64,000 nucleotides of DNA from contig NW_003314281.1 in the NCBI RefSeq assembly GCF_000143415.4, positions 1,341,882 through 1,405,881 of the forward strand, written 5' to 3'. Positions 51,451 through 61,968 of this stretch are shown here, piece after piece; within the stretch, counting starts at the first letter, position 1; every line of letters begins with the position of its first letter. Source of the DNA: Selaginella moellendorffii. Lineage: Eukaryota > Plantae > Lycopodiophyta. The position numbers and the translations under genes were made by a program. The notes beneath the pieces are model-generated. The model was given only the letters and a program-made list of their open reading frames with translations. It was not told the DNA's origin and did not search any database.

Positions 51451-52950
51451 ATTCAAGTATTTTGAGTGTTTAAGCAACAAGAGCTTTATGTGTCATGCTT
51501 TTTAAGCTTGCCTTTAGAGTATTGGCGGTGCCTTTTCAAAGCTATTAATTTTAAGATGCAAATGAGAATATTCTTTACAGGGTGCAAACATTGTTTCTAT
51601 TATAATAAAACATCTTTTAGAACTTATTTCTATTTATCTTGCTTTTATATAGTATGTAAATATATGCACTTGGATTGATACAACACCTTTATATATCAGA
51701 AGAATTTTAGCTATAATATCCTACAATCATGTCACCTGCCCCTTGATAATATTAATTTTTTTTAAATAAAATCTTTCTACTACATCTGTAGTTTTTGAAC
51801 TTATGTAGATCATAAATAGATAGTGAACTATAGATGTTGCCAGCATATAGCAAACTTCATTACACACTATCACATTAACCCAAAACCTTAATTTATATAT
51901 AAAAGCCAATTAGTCTCATTATACTAATTATAGTATATGAAATTTCTTTAATGTCATTACAAGTTGTCAATGGTAGTTTCTTTGACTTAGTTGTTATATA
52001 AATCAATGTTACACATAAAGATCCACCAGCAATATACACAACCACAAGCAATCCTGGCCAAGATCTTTTACAGAGTTATGGCGGTAATAAATAAAGGAGT
52101 GGTTTGAGGCTGCATTGCAAGGGATGAACCACACTAAATTACCAAACTCCAACTTCTAAGTTTATAATCCTCAGGTTGTGGAAGAATAGTGGTGTCAATT
52201 ATACTCTTCTGTCAATTTAAGTTAGTGATTTTAAGTTGATGAGGGCTTTTCTATTGTCAACTTCTAATAACAAATATGCCTAGGTGTAAGGCAATTGCAA
52301 TTAGTATTGGGCACTTTCTCCATAATCAAGTGGTATTCTAGTATTCAAATGAGGATGCTGATACTCTCCTATATTTATGGTCTAAGCATTTCATGTTTTA
52401 CATCTTGACATTTTGACATTTATATACTACACAACTATTTATGATTCATAAACACAGCTTTCAAGAAGATAATTTCAAAATACTGATAATCTAATATTAT
52501 AAGTAGAGTTATATTTTTTAGCCTTACTCTTTGAATATTTTCTTAACCTCATGTTGGGAGGAATCCTGATATATATACTGATGAGGATTATAATTCACCC
52601 ATATATTAAATATAAGAGAATGTCAAAAGTGTAAGTAACTAAAGAGAAGAATTTGAGAGATGATCTATTATGTGGTTAAGTTTACATGAGTTCAACTTTT
52701 CTTTTTAGAAATGGTGCATATATAAATGAAAAAGGATAAAACTAAATTGCACTTTATGGTTCTTTGGAATGGAACAATAACAGTTCATAATAATACATCT
52801 AAGAAACAAAAGCAAAATTAGGCAGAGTGATGCCCTTTATATATCACTATCTATCTTTGAGCAGCTAGAGACAGCTTGCCCTAGGGCAGGAGTGTAACCG
52901 GGTTGACACACAATTCTGAAGTTAATTATATTGAATAAATAACATCTAGA

Positions 52951-53859
52951 TTAAAAACATAGAATTTCTTTCTTTCTTTTAATTATATCAAATAAACATA
53001 TAGATCCAGAATTTCGTATAGCTAAACAAACCCTTCCATACATATTGCAATTTGAACAAAGCATTTTTGTTGACCATACAATGTTTTTAATACCTTGTAT
53101 AACAGCATTTCCACTTGATTTTATTTGCAAATAACAATTAGTGTCTTTACTTCTTGTAAAACTCTCCCAGATTACTTTTTTTGGTAAATACTTTTTATCA
53201 TATAATTTAAGGTCACAATTCGATTCCATTGTCATTATATATCTGTTATTTAAGGAATGCAAACTATTCCCTTCAGGGAGATAAGTTCCAAAAAACTGAT
53301 CAGGACCACTTATAAGTTGATAAGTATAAGGCCAACAAGTATTTGACCCAATATCAAAATTATTACTTATTATATGGGGCAAAATGAGTGGGGGATCAGT
53401 ATGAGGATCTCTTGTAGCTTCTCCATTATTTATATATTCAAGCTCATAATTTTCAGAAGTAATAGTAAGATGACCCCATGCATTTAATAATGCTTCTCTT
53501 ATAAATGTTGAATATAATTCTTGTATTCCTTTATATAATTGCTTACTAGTAATTTGGATGACGGAATCAGGATCCATAGAACAAGTATGATAACCCGCAG
53601 CTGATTCACTAAATGTACGAATAATAATTTTTGTATTAGGAACATTTTCAATATCACTCATACCCATTGCACCTAATTCATAATTCTCATTTCCATTGTA
53701 TAATCCCTCAAGTAGCGCAACAACAGTGTTTATGATAGTTCTAATATGAGAATCAGAAAGATGACCGTGCTTATTACAAACTCTAACAAACTGAGACTGA
53801 AGATTATCACATAAAATCAGAAATACAATAAGAACAAATATCCATTTCCACTTCATCAT
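52951..53859 (-). CDS. Secreted protein: signal peptide + unassigned ~170-aa domain + C-terminal bulb-type (B) lectin domain; intronless and AT-rich
   Basis: MMKWKWIFVLIVFLIL signal; LPEGNSLHSLNNRYIMTMESNCDLKLY..VIWESFT..CYLQIKSSGNAVI..VWST B-lectin pattern. Confidence 0.8.
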   Translation of the reverse strand: MMKWKWIFVLIVFLILCDNLQSQFVRVCNKHGHLSDSHIRTIINTVVALLEGLYNGNENYELGAMGMSDIENVPNTKIIIRTFSESAAGYHTCSMDPDSVIQITSKQLYKGIQELYSTFIREALLNAWGHLTITSENYELEYINNGEATRDPHTDPPLILPHIISNNFDIGSNTCWPYTYQLISGPDQFFGTYLPEGNSLHSLNNRYIMTMESNCDLKLYDKKYLPKKVIWESFTRSKDTNCYLQIKSSGNAVIQGIKNIVWSTKMLCSNCNMYGRVCLAIRNSGSICLFDIIKRKKEILCF

Positions 53860-54039
53860 CAACAGACAATTATTTACTTGTAAGCAATTATAAAAGCCAA
53901 AAAGCATAGAATCCTTTTATGTCATTTTGCCGTCTAGCAACAACTATACTATTGGGGAGATGGCGGCCAGATGGCAATCCACAAAGTCTATCTTTCTTAA
54001 CCACAGCACAATGCTCCCGAAAATTATATCTCCTCGCTC

Positions 54040-54560
54040 AAGAATGGCTGTTGTATAGATTGGACACTGCCACATATAGAGATCCATCACTACCACTCAG
54101 CCACGAGCACTTCCAGCAGCAGCTCCACTCTTATGGGTTTTGCATGCATCCAGAAGCGCCATCCGCACCTGCGACCATCTTGAATGGCATGCTTGTCCGC
54201 CACACTTGTAGTGCTCCGCCGCCAGATGTATCCTGTGATCGCATCTCATCGCCATGAAGCACTCCCAGAAGAAACCCCGAGTAGCTGCACGCCCCAGGGA
54301 TGTTCGTGAAGGCCACCGCATCAAGATGGATCCCCTTCCAAGAACAGCTCTCCATCGCCTGCCAGCCATGCCGGTGCTAGGCATAGATTGCAATCCAGGA
54401 GATCTTGTCCTTGATCCGATCAAACAGGCGATCACATCCCCAAACCATGCGTAGAGATTGACGAGTGTCGTGCCGACGTTCCGGTCCAGACCGGACTGGA
54501 TCGCCTCGTCGCGAACGAGTGCGCCAGAAGCCAGATCGTGCAAGCGGCGAGAGAGTGGAA
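54040..54560 (-). pseudogene. Deleted PPR (E-class) pseudogene, duplicate of 61969-62600
   Basis: Colinear with ~61975-62600 but with multiple internal deletions. Confidence 0.85.
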
Positions 54561-54636
54561 GTGGCTCTGGGATTCATTTTGGGCTTCACTGTATTCCAAG
54601 TTTAATTTCTATGTCAATTGTATTTGTAAGTGTTAA

Positions 54637-54998
54637 TTAAAAACACTGAAGTATTTTCTTTCTTTTAATTATATCAAATAAACATATAGATCCAGAATTT
54701 AGTATAGCTAAACAAACCCTTCCATACATATTGCAATTTGAACAAAGCTTTTTTGTTGACCATACAATGTTTTTAATACCTTGTATAACAGCATTTCCGC
54801 TTGTTTTTATTTGCAAATAACAATTAGTGTCTTTATTTCTTGTAAAACTTTCCCATAATACTTTTCTTGGTAAATAATTTTTATCATATAATTTAAGGTC
54901 ACAATTTGATTCCATTGTCAATATATATCTGTGATTTAAAGAATGCAAACTATTCCCTTCAGGGAGATAAGTTCCAAAAAACTGATCAGGACCACTTA
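54637..54998 (-). pseudogene. 3' part of the second B-lectin gene copy (split by the Helitron)
   Basis: Near-identical to 52951-53312; stops at the Helitron 5' end. Confidence 0.9.
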
Positions 54999-55108
54999 TC
55001 TATAATAATAAGAACGAAGAACCCACACCCCCGCAGCCGTCCGATCCCGGGCCTCTATAATAATAAGAACGAAGAACCCACACCCCCGCAGCCGTCCGAT
55101 CCCGGGCC
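54999..55108 (+). repeat. Perfect tandem duplication of the 55-bp Helitron 5' terminus
   Basis: tctataataataagaacgaagaacccacacccccgcagccgtccgatcccgggcc at 54999 and 55054. Confidence 0.95.
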
Positions 55109-55526
55109 CGGGGCAGCCTCGGAAGCCATGGTCCTCGGGAAGGGGAGGCCAGCCTAGGCTCGGGCCATGGCCAATGGCCATGGTTAGCGGGAATATGGGC
55201 TTAATGTTGTGGCGGCCAATGGGTGGGATGCACGTGTGGCCAGGAAGGGAAGAGGGCGTGGTGACAGGTGTTATGCCATGCACTCCTAGGGTTCCATGGC
55301 TGCTCGGTTGTGTGGGCATTCCTGTGAGAGCCTGTGCGTGGTTAGTAACAGGGGCGAGCAGAATGGTAGTCGGGCACACAATCCAGGCTCCTCTCGGGAT
55401 CAACTCAGGACTGTGAGAGGCAAATTGGCTCATCTCCAACTCAGCAAAGCTTTGATCCCTGTTCGCCACTGCCTCACGAGCTCTTTGGCCTACAGGAAAG
55501 CAATTATCAAGGACACTCCCTCTTCA

Positions 55527-56034
55527 TTCCCGAGACTTGGGTCACAGTCGAGCCCCGTGCCGATGCGTTTGTCATCAGCATCGGTGACACATTCCAGGTA
55601 AACAGAGCGAGAATTCTTTTGTTTCTGCTCTTCCCTCTCCTCTCCCTCCTCGCAGCGCTATAGCTGGTTGTAGATGGTGGTGCTCTTCTTTTTTCCTTTT
55701 CTTTTTATAAAACATCTCTCACGCAGCTTTCTCTTCGTCACAGGCACTGTGCAACCATCGCTACAAGAGTGCCAAGCACCGCGCAGTGATCCATGCCACC
55801 CGAGCCAGGCACTCGCTGGTTTTCTTCATCAACCCGGGGCTGGACATGGTGATCCGGCCGATTCCAGAGCTGGTGGTCAAGAGCAAAGAAGACGAAGAGC
55901 AAGATCGCAAGAGGCCGTGCGTGGAGTTTACTTGGGGGCAGCTGCTAGAATTCACCCAGAAGCACTATAGAACCGATGTCCACACGCCGGACGCGTTTGA
56001 GAGCTACTTGAGGAAAACGAGCCAAGCAGCGTGA
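55527..56034 (+). pseudogene. Captured 3' fragment of a GA20-oxidase-like 2-oxoglutarate dioxygenase (2 exons + intron)
   Basis: WVTVEPRADAFVISIGDTFQ|ALCNHRYKSAKHRAV..RHSLVFF..FTWGQLLEFTQKHYR; GT-AG intron 55598-55744. Confidence 0.85.
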
Positions 56035-56565
56035 GGACGGACAGGGAAGAACGAATGTAAATTTGCCAAAGATCATCGAGCAGAGGAGGAGCCTACAGGA
56101 AAGCAATTATCAAGGACACTCCCTCTTCAACCCCGGATTCTCTCGAGGCATCCCTTCCTGGTGAGGGATTGTTGTTTCAGCACATGCTCGGGACCAACTC
56201 CGTTTGTAGGAACCAGGTGTTTCGAGTTGACGTAGGGCTGTCGAGTGGCTAGCCAACACTGCTCCTGAAGTTTTGGAAATCTGACACGGCACTAATGTCT
56301 GGTTTCTCTCGAAAGAGAAGGAGAAGCCACCGCAAGCATCGCCTGGTTTAGCTTCGTTTTTAGATCGAGGTAAGTCGTCAGTTTGAATATCTTTGTATTC
56401 TATGATGTGTAGCAAGTGTTGGGAAAGGATGGGAAAGCTGGCATCAATCGGTTTGTTGCAGTAGCCCATGGATAAAACTGTAGTTCGTGGATAGATGTAT
56501 GACATTATAGTCAGCATTCCAGAATCAATCCTAAGATAAATTTGTTTAGAATGATCATGTTAAAA

Positions 56566-56650
56566 TAAATGGTGGCGCAGTTGGTCAGCGCGTAGGTCTC
56601 ATAGCTGCTGAGAAATCCTGAGGTCGAGAGTTTGAGCCTCTCTCATCCCA
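56566..56650 (+). pseudogene. Intron-containing tRNA-Met(CAT) pseudogene inside the Helitron
   Basis: TGGTGGCGCAGTTGGTCAGCGCGTAGGTCTCATA-[intron]-ATCCTGAGGTCGAGAGTTTGAGCCTCTCTCATCCCA; 5' GGGG of the acceptor stem missing; T-loop TTTGA. Confidence 0.85.
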
Positions 56651-56729
56651 TTGTTTTCAAGTTTGGTCTGAAAAGAAACTTGGATCATTAATGACATGTT
56701 AAGTTCAAACAAAAACTAACAAAATTCAC

Positions 56730-57180
56730 CTACATTGTCCAGAGTTTAATCAAGCCTGCAAATGATGGAACTGGCTGAGGAGAAAAGGAGTTGTTTCCAA
56801 CGCTTCTGTTATGCATACACACATGCATCAGGTCAACTCCAAATTAAGAAGAAATATTACATTAGTTGGAGAGCTCTCAACCCGCTTAGATCAGGTAACG
56901 TTCCAGTAAAAGCGTTATCATTGATGTGTCTGTAAATGAAACAAAACTTGAGTACAAAGTAGTTACCATATTAGCTATTTACATTTCAAAGAGGGTTGAT
57001 ATCCGCCCCAAACTGCTCAGCAGTGATCCAGCAAATCGATTTTTGTCAAGTCTCCTGAAAATACACTATTACACGAGATTGTATTCTAGCCATCAACGGC
57101 TTACATGATGGTCAGCTTGGAAAAGTTTCCAATTTCATCGGGAACTTCTCCAGAGAAGCCATTATTGTCCAGTAACCTGA
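56730..57180 (-). pseudogene. Captured LRR-receptor ectodomain fragment (about four ~72-nt LRR exons with introns)
   Basis: LLDNNGFSGEVPDEIGNFSKLTI, LDKNRFAGSL, INDNAFTGTLPDLSGLRAL, VGNNSFSPQPVP. Confidence 0.8.
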
Positions 57181-57269
57181 AGGACAACAGGTCCAAAAAC
57201 CTCCAAGAAAATGAGAAAGATACATAAAAGTGCTTGAGTTCAGGTAAGAAACATATTTCTGGCGCATCC

Positions 57270-57309
57270 ACCTCTTTGTAAACCACCCAGCATTTGCTAG
57301 GCAAGTACT
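57270..57309 (+). repeat. Internal copy of the Helitron 3' terminus (40 bp)
   Basis: acctctttgtaaaccacccagcatttgctaggcaagtact matches 61241-61280 with one mismatch. Confidence 0.95.
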
Positions 57310-57310
57310 T

Positions 57311-60300
57311 TCACTTTACAAGCAAAATAAGAACTCTAATTTTAAAACAAATATTAGACACTATAATAGTGCTCTTGCTTTTGCATCTATGTCTTCTAAT
57401 ATTGATATTGTAAAGGGTCATGGTCCTTATTGCTTTAAAAGCCATGGTCAAATATATCATAATATTGTTTCAGCACATCCTTCTGAAGGTCAACATCGAA
57501 CTTATGGACAACTTTATATGCTTGATACTCTAGAAGCTACAAATATAAGAAAGCAAAACCCTTTTAATTCAAGTTGTGAGACAAACTTACTTAAACATCT
57601 TGATGCTCTCCTTCGTCATGTTAACCCATATGCTCAAGCTTTCAAAATGATGTATGAAATGGAACAAGAAGAAATTCGTTCTGCTACGCTTTCAGGTTAT
57701 CCTATACGTGGTGTTTACATGTTATTAAAAACTGAAGGAACTGATCCACGATGCTATAATGCTCCACGGACAAATGATGTTGCTGTTGTATTTGTTAGTG
57801 ATGATGGAGAACCGCCACATAGTCGTGAAATTTGTATATATCCAATTGCAAGCAATTCTAAATGTATCTCAACACTTGATTATAATTGTGATCCAATGGT
57901 TTACCCATTAATATTTCCTTTTGGTGATAGAGGTTGGCATGAAAAAATTTTTAATTCCAGACGTCGAATTACATTGCTCCAATATTATGCATACCGTTTA
58001 TCTATAAGAGACACAATACGCTTTGGTTTTGATCAAATTTTACATGCAGGAAAACTCACACAACAGTATATTGTCGATGCTTATGTAAAAGTTGAAAGCA
58101 ATAATTTGAATTACTATCGCACCCATCAAAAACAATTGCGAGTTGAAATGTATACTGGTCTTATGGATTATGTTGCAAACCGTGCTACTAATGAAAATAT
58201 AAATCCAGGCAAGATTGTTATTTTACCTTCAAGTTTTGGGGGTGGCCCTAGAGCAATGCAACAAAATTATCAAGATGCAATGGCTATAGTTACTCATTTT
58301 TCAAAGCCAGATCTTTTCATTACTTTTACATGCAATCCCAAATGGCCAAAAATTTCTAAAAACTTACATCCAAATGAAAGCCCTGAGGATCGTCCAGACT
58401 TGGTTTCTAGAGTATTTCATATCAAGCTTAAAGAATTTTTGAATGATATTACTAAAAATCATATTTTTGGAAATTGTATTGCTTTTATAAATGTAATTGA
58501 ATTTCAAAAGAGAGGCCTTCCACATTGTCACTTTCTAGGGATTTTATCTCATGAAAACAAGATTAAAGACCGTGATGCTATTGACCAATACATAACGGCA
58601 CAATTGCTTGATCCTCAAAAGGAACCTGAAATTTCTAAAATAATTACATCTCATATGATACATGGTCCATGTGGGCCTCTTTACTCTAATAGTCTTTGCA
58701 TGGAAAATGGCACTTGCTCAAAAGGTTATCCAAAAAAATTTAATTATGAAACTACTTTTAGTGTTGATGGATATCCAGATTATTATAGACCTGATAATGG
58801 CCGCACATTTCTAAAAAATGGGTGTTATATTGATAATCGTTGGGTAGTACCTTATAATAAATACCTTTGTAAAAAATATAATGCTCATATTAATATTGAA
58901 ATTTGTGCTACTATAAAAAGTATTAAGTATTTATTTCAATATGTTTATAAAGGTTATGATTGTGCTACAATTGAAATCCATTCAGCAACCCAACAACTTG
59001 ATAATATTTTAAATTGGGATGAAATCTCAACATTTTTAAATACACGTTATGTATCTGCTCCAGAAGCAATATGGAGACTTTTTAAATTTAAAATGCATGG
59101 TCGTTCGACCCCTATAATCTGTCTTCCTATCCATCTTCCAAATTTTCAAAACGTCTATTTTATAGAAGGTTCTGAACAAATAGCACTTCAAAGAGCTACT
59201 CAAAATGGTACGATGTTGACAAAATAGTTTGAATTAAATATAAATGACCCAAATGCTAGACAATATACATATCCTGAAATCCCTTTATATTATACATTTA
59301 ACCCTTATACTCATAACTGGCAAATTCGACATACAAGAAATGTCATTCCTCGAATGTATTCTGTGTCGCCATCTAATGTTGAACTATATCATTTACGTCT
59401 TATTTTACTCCATAAAAAAGGTGCTACATCTTTCAAAGATCTTAAGATAGTTAACAATATTTATTATGACACATTTCAACAAGTTGCAGATGCAATGGGG
59501 CTTATAGCTGATGATACCGAATGGGAAAAATGTTTAGAAGATGCTTGCTTTTTTAGAATGCCATCACAATTAAGACAATTATTTATATTACTTTGTATCT
59601 TTTGCACTCCAAAAGATCCTTACCTCCTGTGGGATAAATTTAAAGACTTCCTCTCTGAGGATTTCATGCAAACAAATCCAATTTTTCATTATGAACATGC
59701 TTTACATGATATAAATATTAAAATGAAAATGCATGGCAAAACTAATCAAAACTATCATCTACCTATGCCGTCTGAAAATTTTGATGATGAAAATATTGTC
59801 AACTCAACACAAATATATCAAAATGTTGAACAAAATATTCCTCGATTTAATCAAGAACAGTTAAATATTTTTAATGATATTCTTAATGTTATTGATCACC
59901 CAACTGAGCATAATCGATATATTTTCATTGATGGTCCTGGTGGTACTGGTAAAACATTTCTTCTTAACACTCTTATAAATATTTTACAACTGAAAAAAAT
60001 AAATGTTGTTAGCATGGCTTGGACAGGAATTGCAAGTACTTTACTTTATAATGGCCGAACTTCACATACTACTTTTAAACTTCCTGTTCCAATAAATGAA
60101 ACATCAACTTCCGCTATAACTGCTAATAGTGAAGCAGGTATAAGAATCAAAACTACTAACGTATTGTTATGGGATGAAATAAGTATGGTTCACACTCATG
60201 CATTCACTGCTGTTGATCGAGTGTTGCGAGACCTAAAAAATACATCATTACCTTTTGGTGGCATAATTGTTATTACTAGCGGGGACTTTAGACAAACACT

Positions 60301-61240
60301 TCCAGTCATTCCACATGGACATAGGGCATAAATTGTTTCAAGTTCTGTAAAAATGAATAAATTATGGAGATTATTTAGAAAGTTATCTTTGAAAACAAAT
60401 ATGCGGCTTGTTGAAAGTGATAAATCATGGTCTGAATGGCTTCTCAAAGTTGGAAATGGTGAAAATTTTGAAAATTTACCATCTTTACCTTCTAACTCCA
60501 TTTTATTACCTCATACACAACTAATTTATTCATCAATTATTGATTTTGTCTACCCTTCAGTACTTGATATTTCAAACCCTTATATTGCAGCCAACCGAGT
60601 CATACTTACCCCACTTAACGATGATACATTTGCACTCAACAACACTATTGTCTCTAAATTACAAGGTGATACATACATCTACAAAAGCATTGATTTTGTT
60701 GACACTGAATATCCTGAAAATTTTCCAACAGAATTCCTAAATTCTATCACACCTTCTGGTCTCCCACCACATAAACTCTCTCTCAAACAAGGTGCTATTC
60801 TTATCCTCCTAAGAAATATGTCTCCATCAGCAAGATTATGCAATGGTACACGTCTCATCCTGAAAAATGCACTACCAAATGTTTTAGATTGTGAAATTGT
60901 GATGGGGCAATTTAAAGGGACAAGAGTTTTTATCCCACGTATTACACTAATACCATCAAATACAGAAATTCCATTCAAAATGTCCAGACGACAATTTCCA
61001 ATTCGTTTGGGTTACTGCTTAACAATCTCCAAATGCCAAGGACAGACATTTGACCGAGTTGGAGTTTACTTGCCCCACCCAGTTTTCACTCATGGACAAC
61101 TTTATGTGGCTTTATCAAGATGCACATCACCATATGGACTTGGAATTAAAGTTCAAAACACCACACGCCAAGGCCACCTCCTTCCTCAAGATCCTTCTGT
61201 TTTTACAATTAACACTGTCTATAAAGAGGTTTTATATTGA
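57311..61240 (+). pseudogene. Helitron Rep (HUH-Y2) / PIF1-like helicase; one frame, 5'-truncated, two premature stops
   Basis: DLFITFTCNPKW, EFQKRGLPHCH, YLFQYVYKG; DGPGGTGKT, WDEISM, GDFRQTLPV, KCQGQT, HGQLYVALSR; the three ORFs share a frame with stops at 59225 (TAG) and 60329 (TAA). Confidence 0.95.
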
Positions 61241-61282
61241 ACCTCTTTGTAAACCACCCAGCATTTGCTGGGCAAGTACTCG

Positions 61283-61819
61283 TAAGTTGATAAGTATAAG
61301 GCCAACAGGTATTTGACCCAGTATCAAAATTATTACTTAATAGATGGGACAAAATTAGTGGGGGATCAGTGTGAGGATCTCTTGTAGCTTCTCCATTATT
61401 TATATATTCAAGCTCATAATTTTCAGAAGTAATAATAAGATGACCCCATGCATTTAATAATGCTTCTCTTATAAATGTTGAATATAATTCTTGTATTCCT
61501 TTACATAATTGCTTACTAGTAATTTGGATGACGGAATCAGGATTCATAGAACAACTATGATAACCCGCAGCTGATTCACTAAATGTACGAATAATAACTT
61601 TTGTATTAGGAATAGTTTCAATATCTCTCACACCAATTGAACCTAATTCATAATTCTCATTTCCATTGTATAATCTGTCAAGCAGTAAAACAACATAGTT
61701 TATGATAGTGTTAATATGAGAATCAGAAAGATGACCCGCTTATTACAAACTCTAACAAACTGAGACTGAAGATTATCACATAAAATCAGAAATACAATAA
61801 GAACAAACATCTTCATCAT
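61283..61819 (-). pseudogene. 5' part of the second B-lectin gene copy
   Basis: Colinear with 53313-53859; also a 1-bp deletion at ~61735. Confidence 0.9.
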
Positions 61820-61968
61820 CAAGCAATAAAGAAATAATATAATTATACTTTAGATTTACTTGTAAGCAATAGAAGCCTTTTATTTAGTACATCGTCTAGC
61901 AATAGAGCAGATGGCAATCTACGAAAGCCTATCTTCTTAACCACTCCACAATGCTCCCATCTGCTCGC

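Larger units (their letters stand above)
54999..61282 (+). mobile_element. Composite Helitron (6284 bp)
   Basis: Inserted between A and T of ccacttA|Taagttgat (empty site intact at ~53312); 5' TC; 3' hairpin cccagca-tt-tgctggg (61257-61272) then CTCG; no TSD; encodes Rep-helicase. Confidence 0.93.

Noticed and set aside
52890-52920. Imperfect hairpin gtgtaaccgggttgacac followed by CTGA as another Helitron end
   Set aside because: Imperfect stem; no matching 5' end or empty site
59225-60331. RepHel stops as programmed readthrough or U-to-C editing sites
   Set aside because: Nuclear TE; simple transitions explain both stops and the ORF is also 5'-truncated
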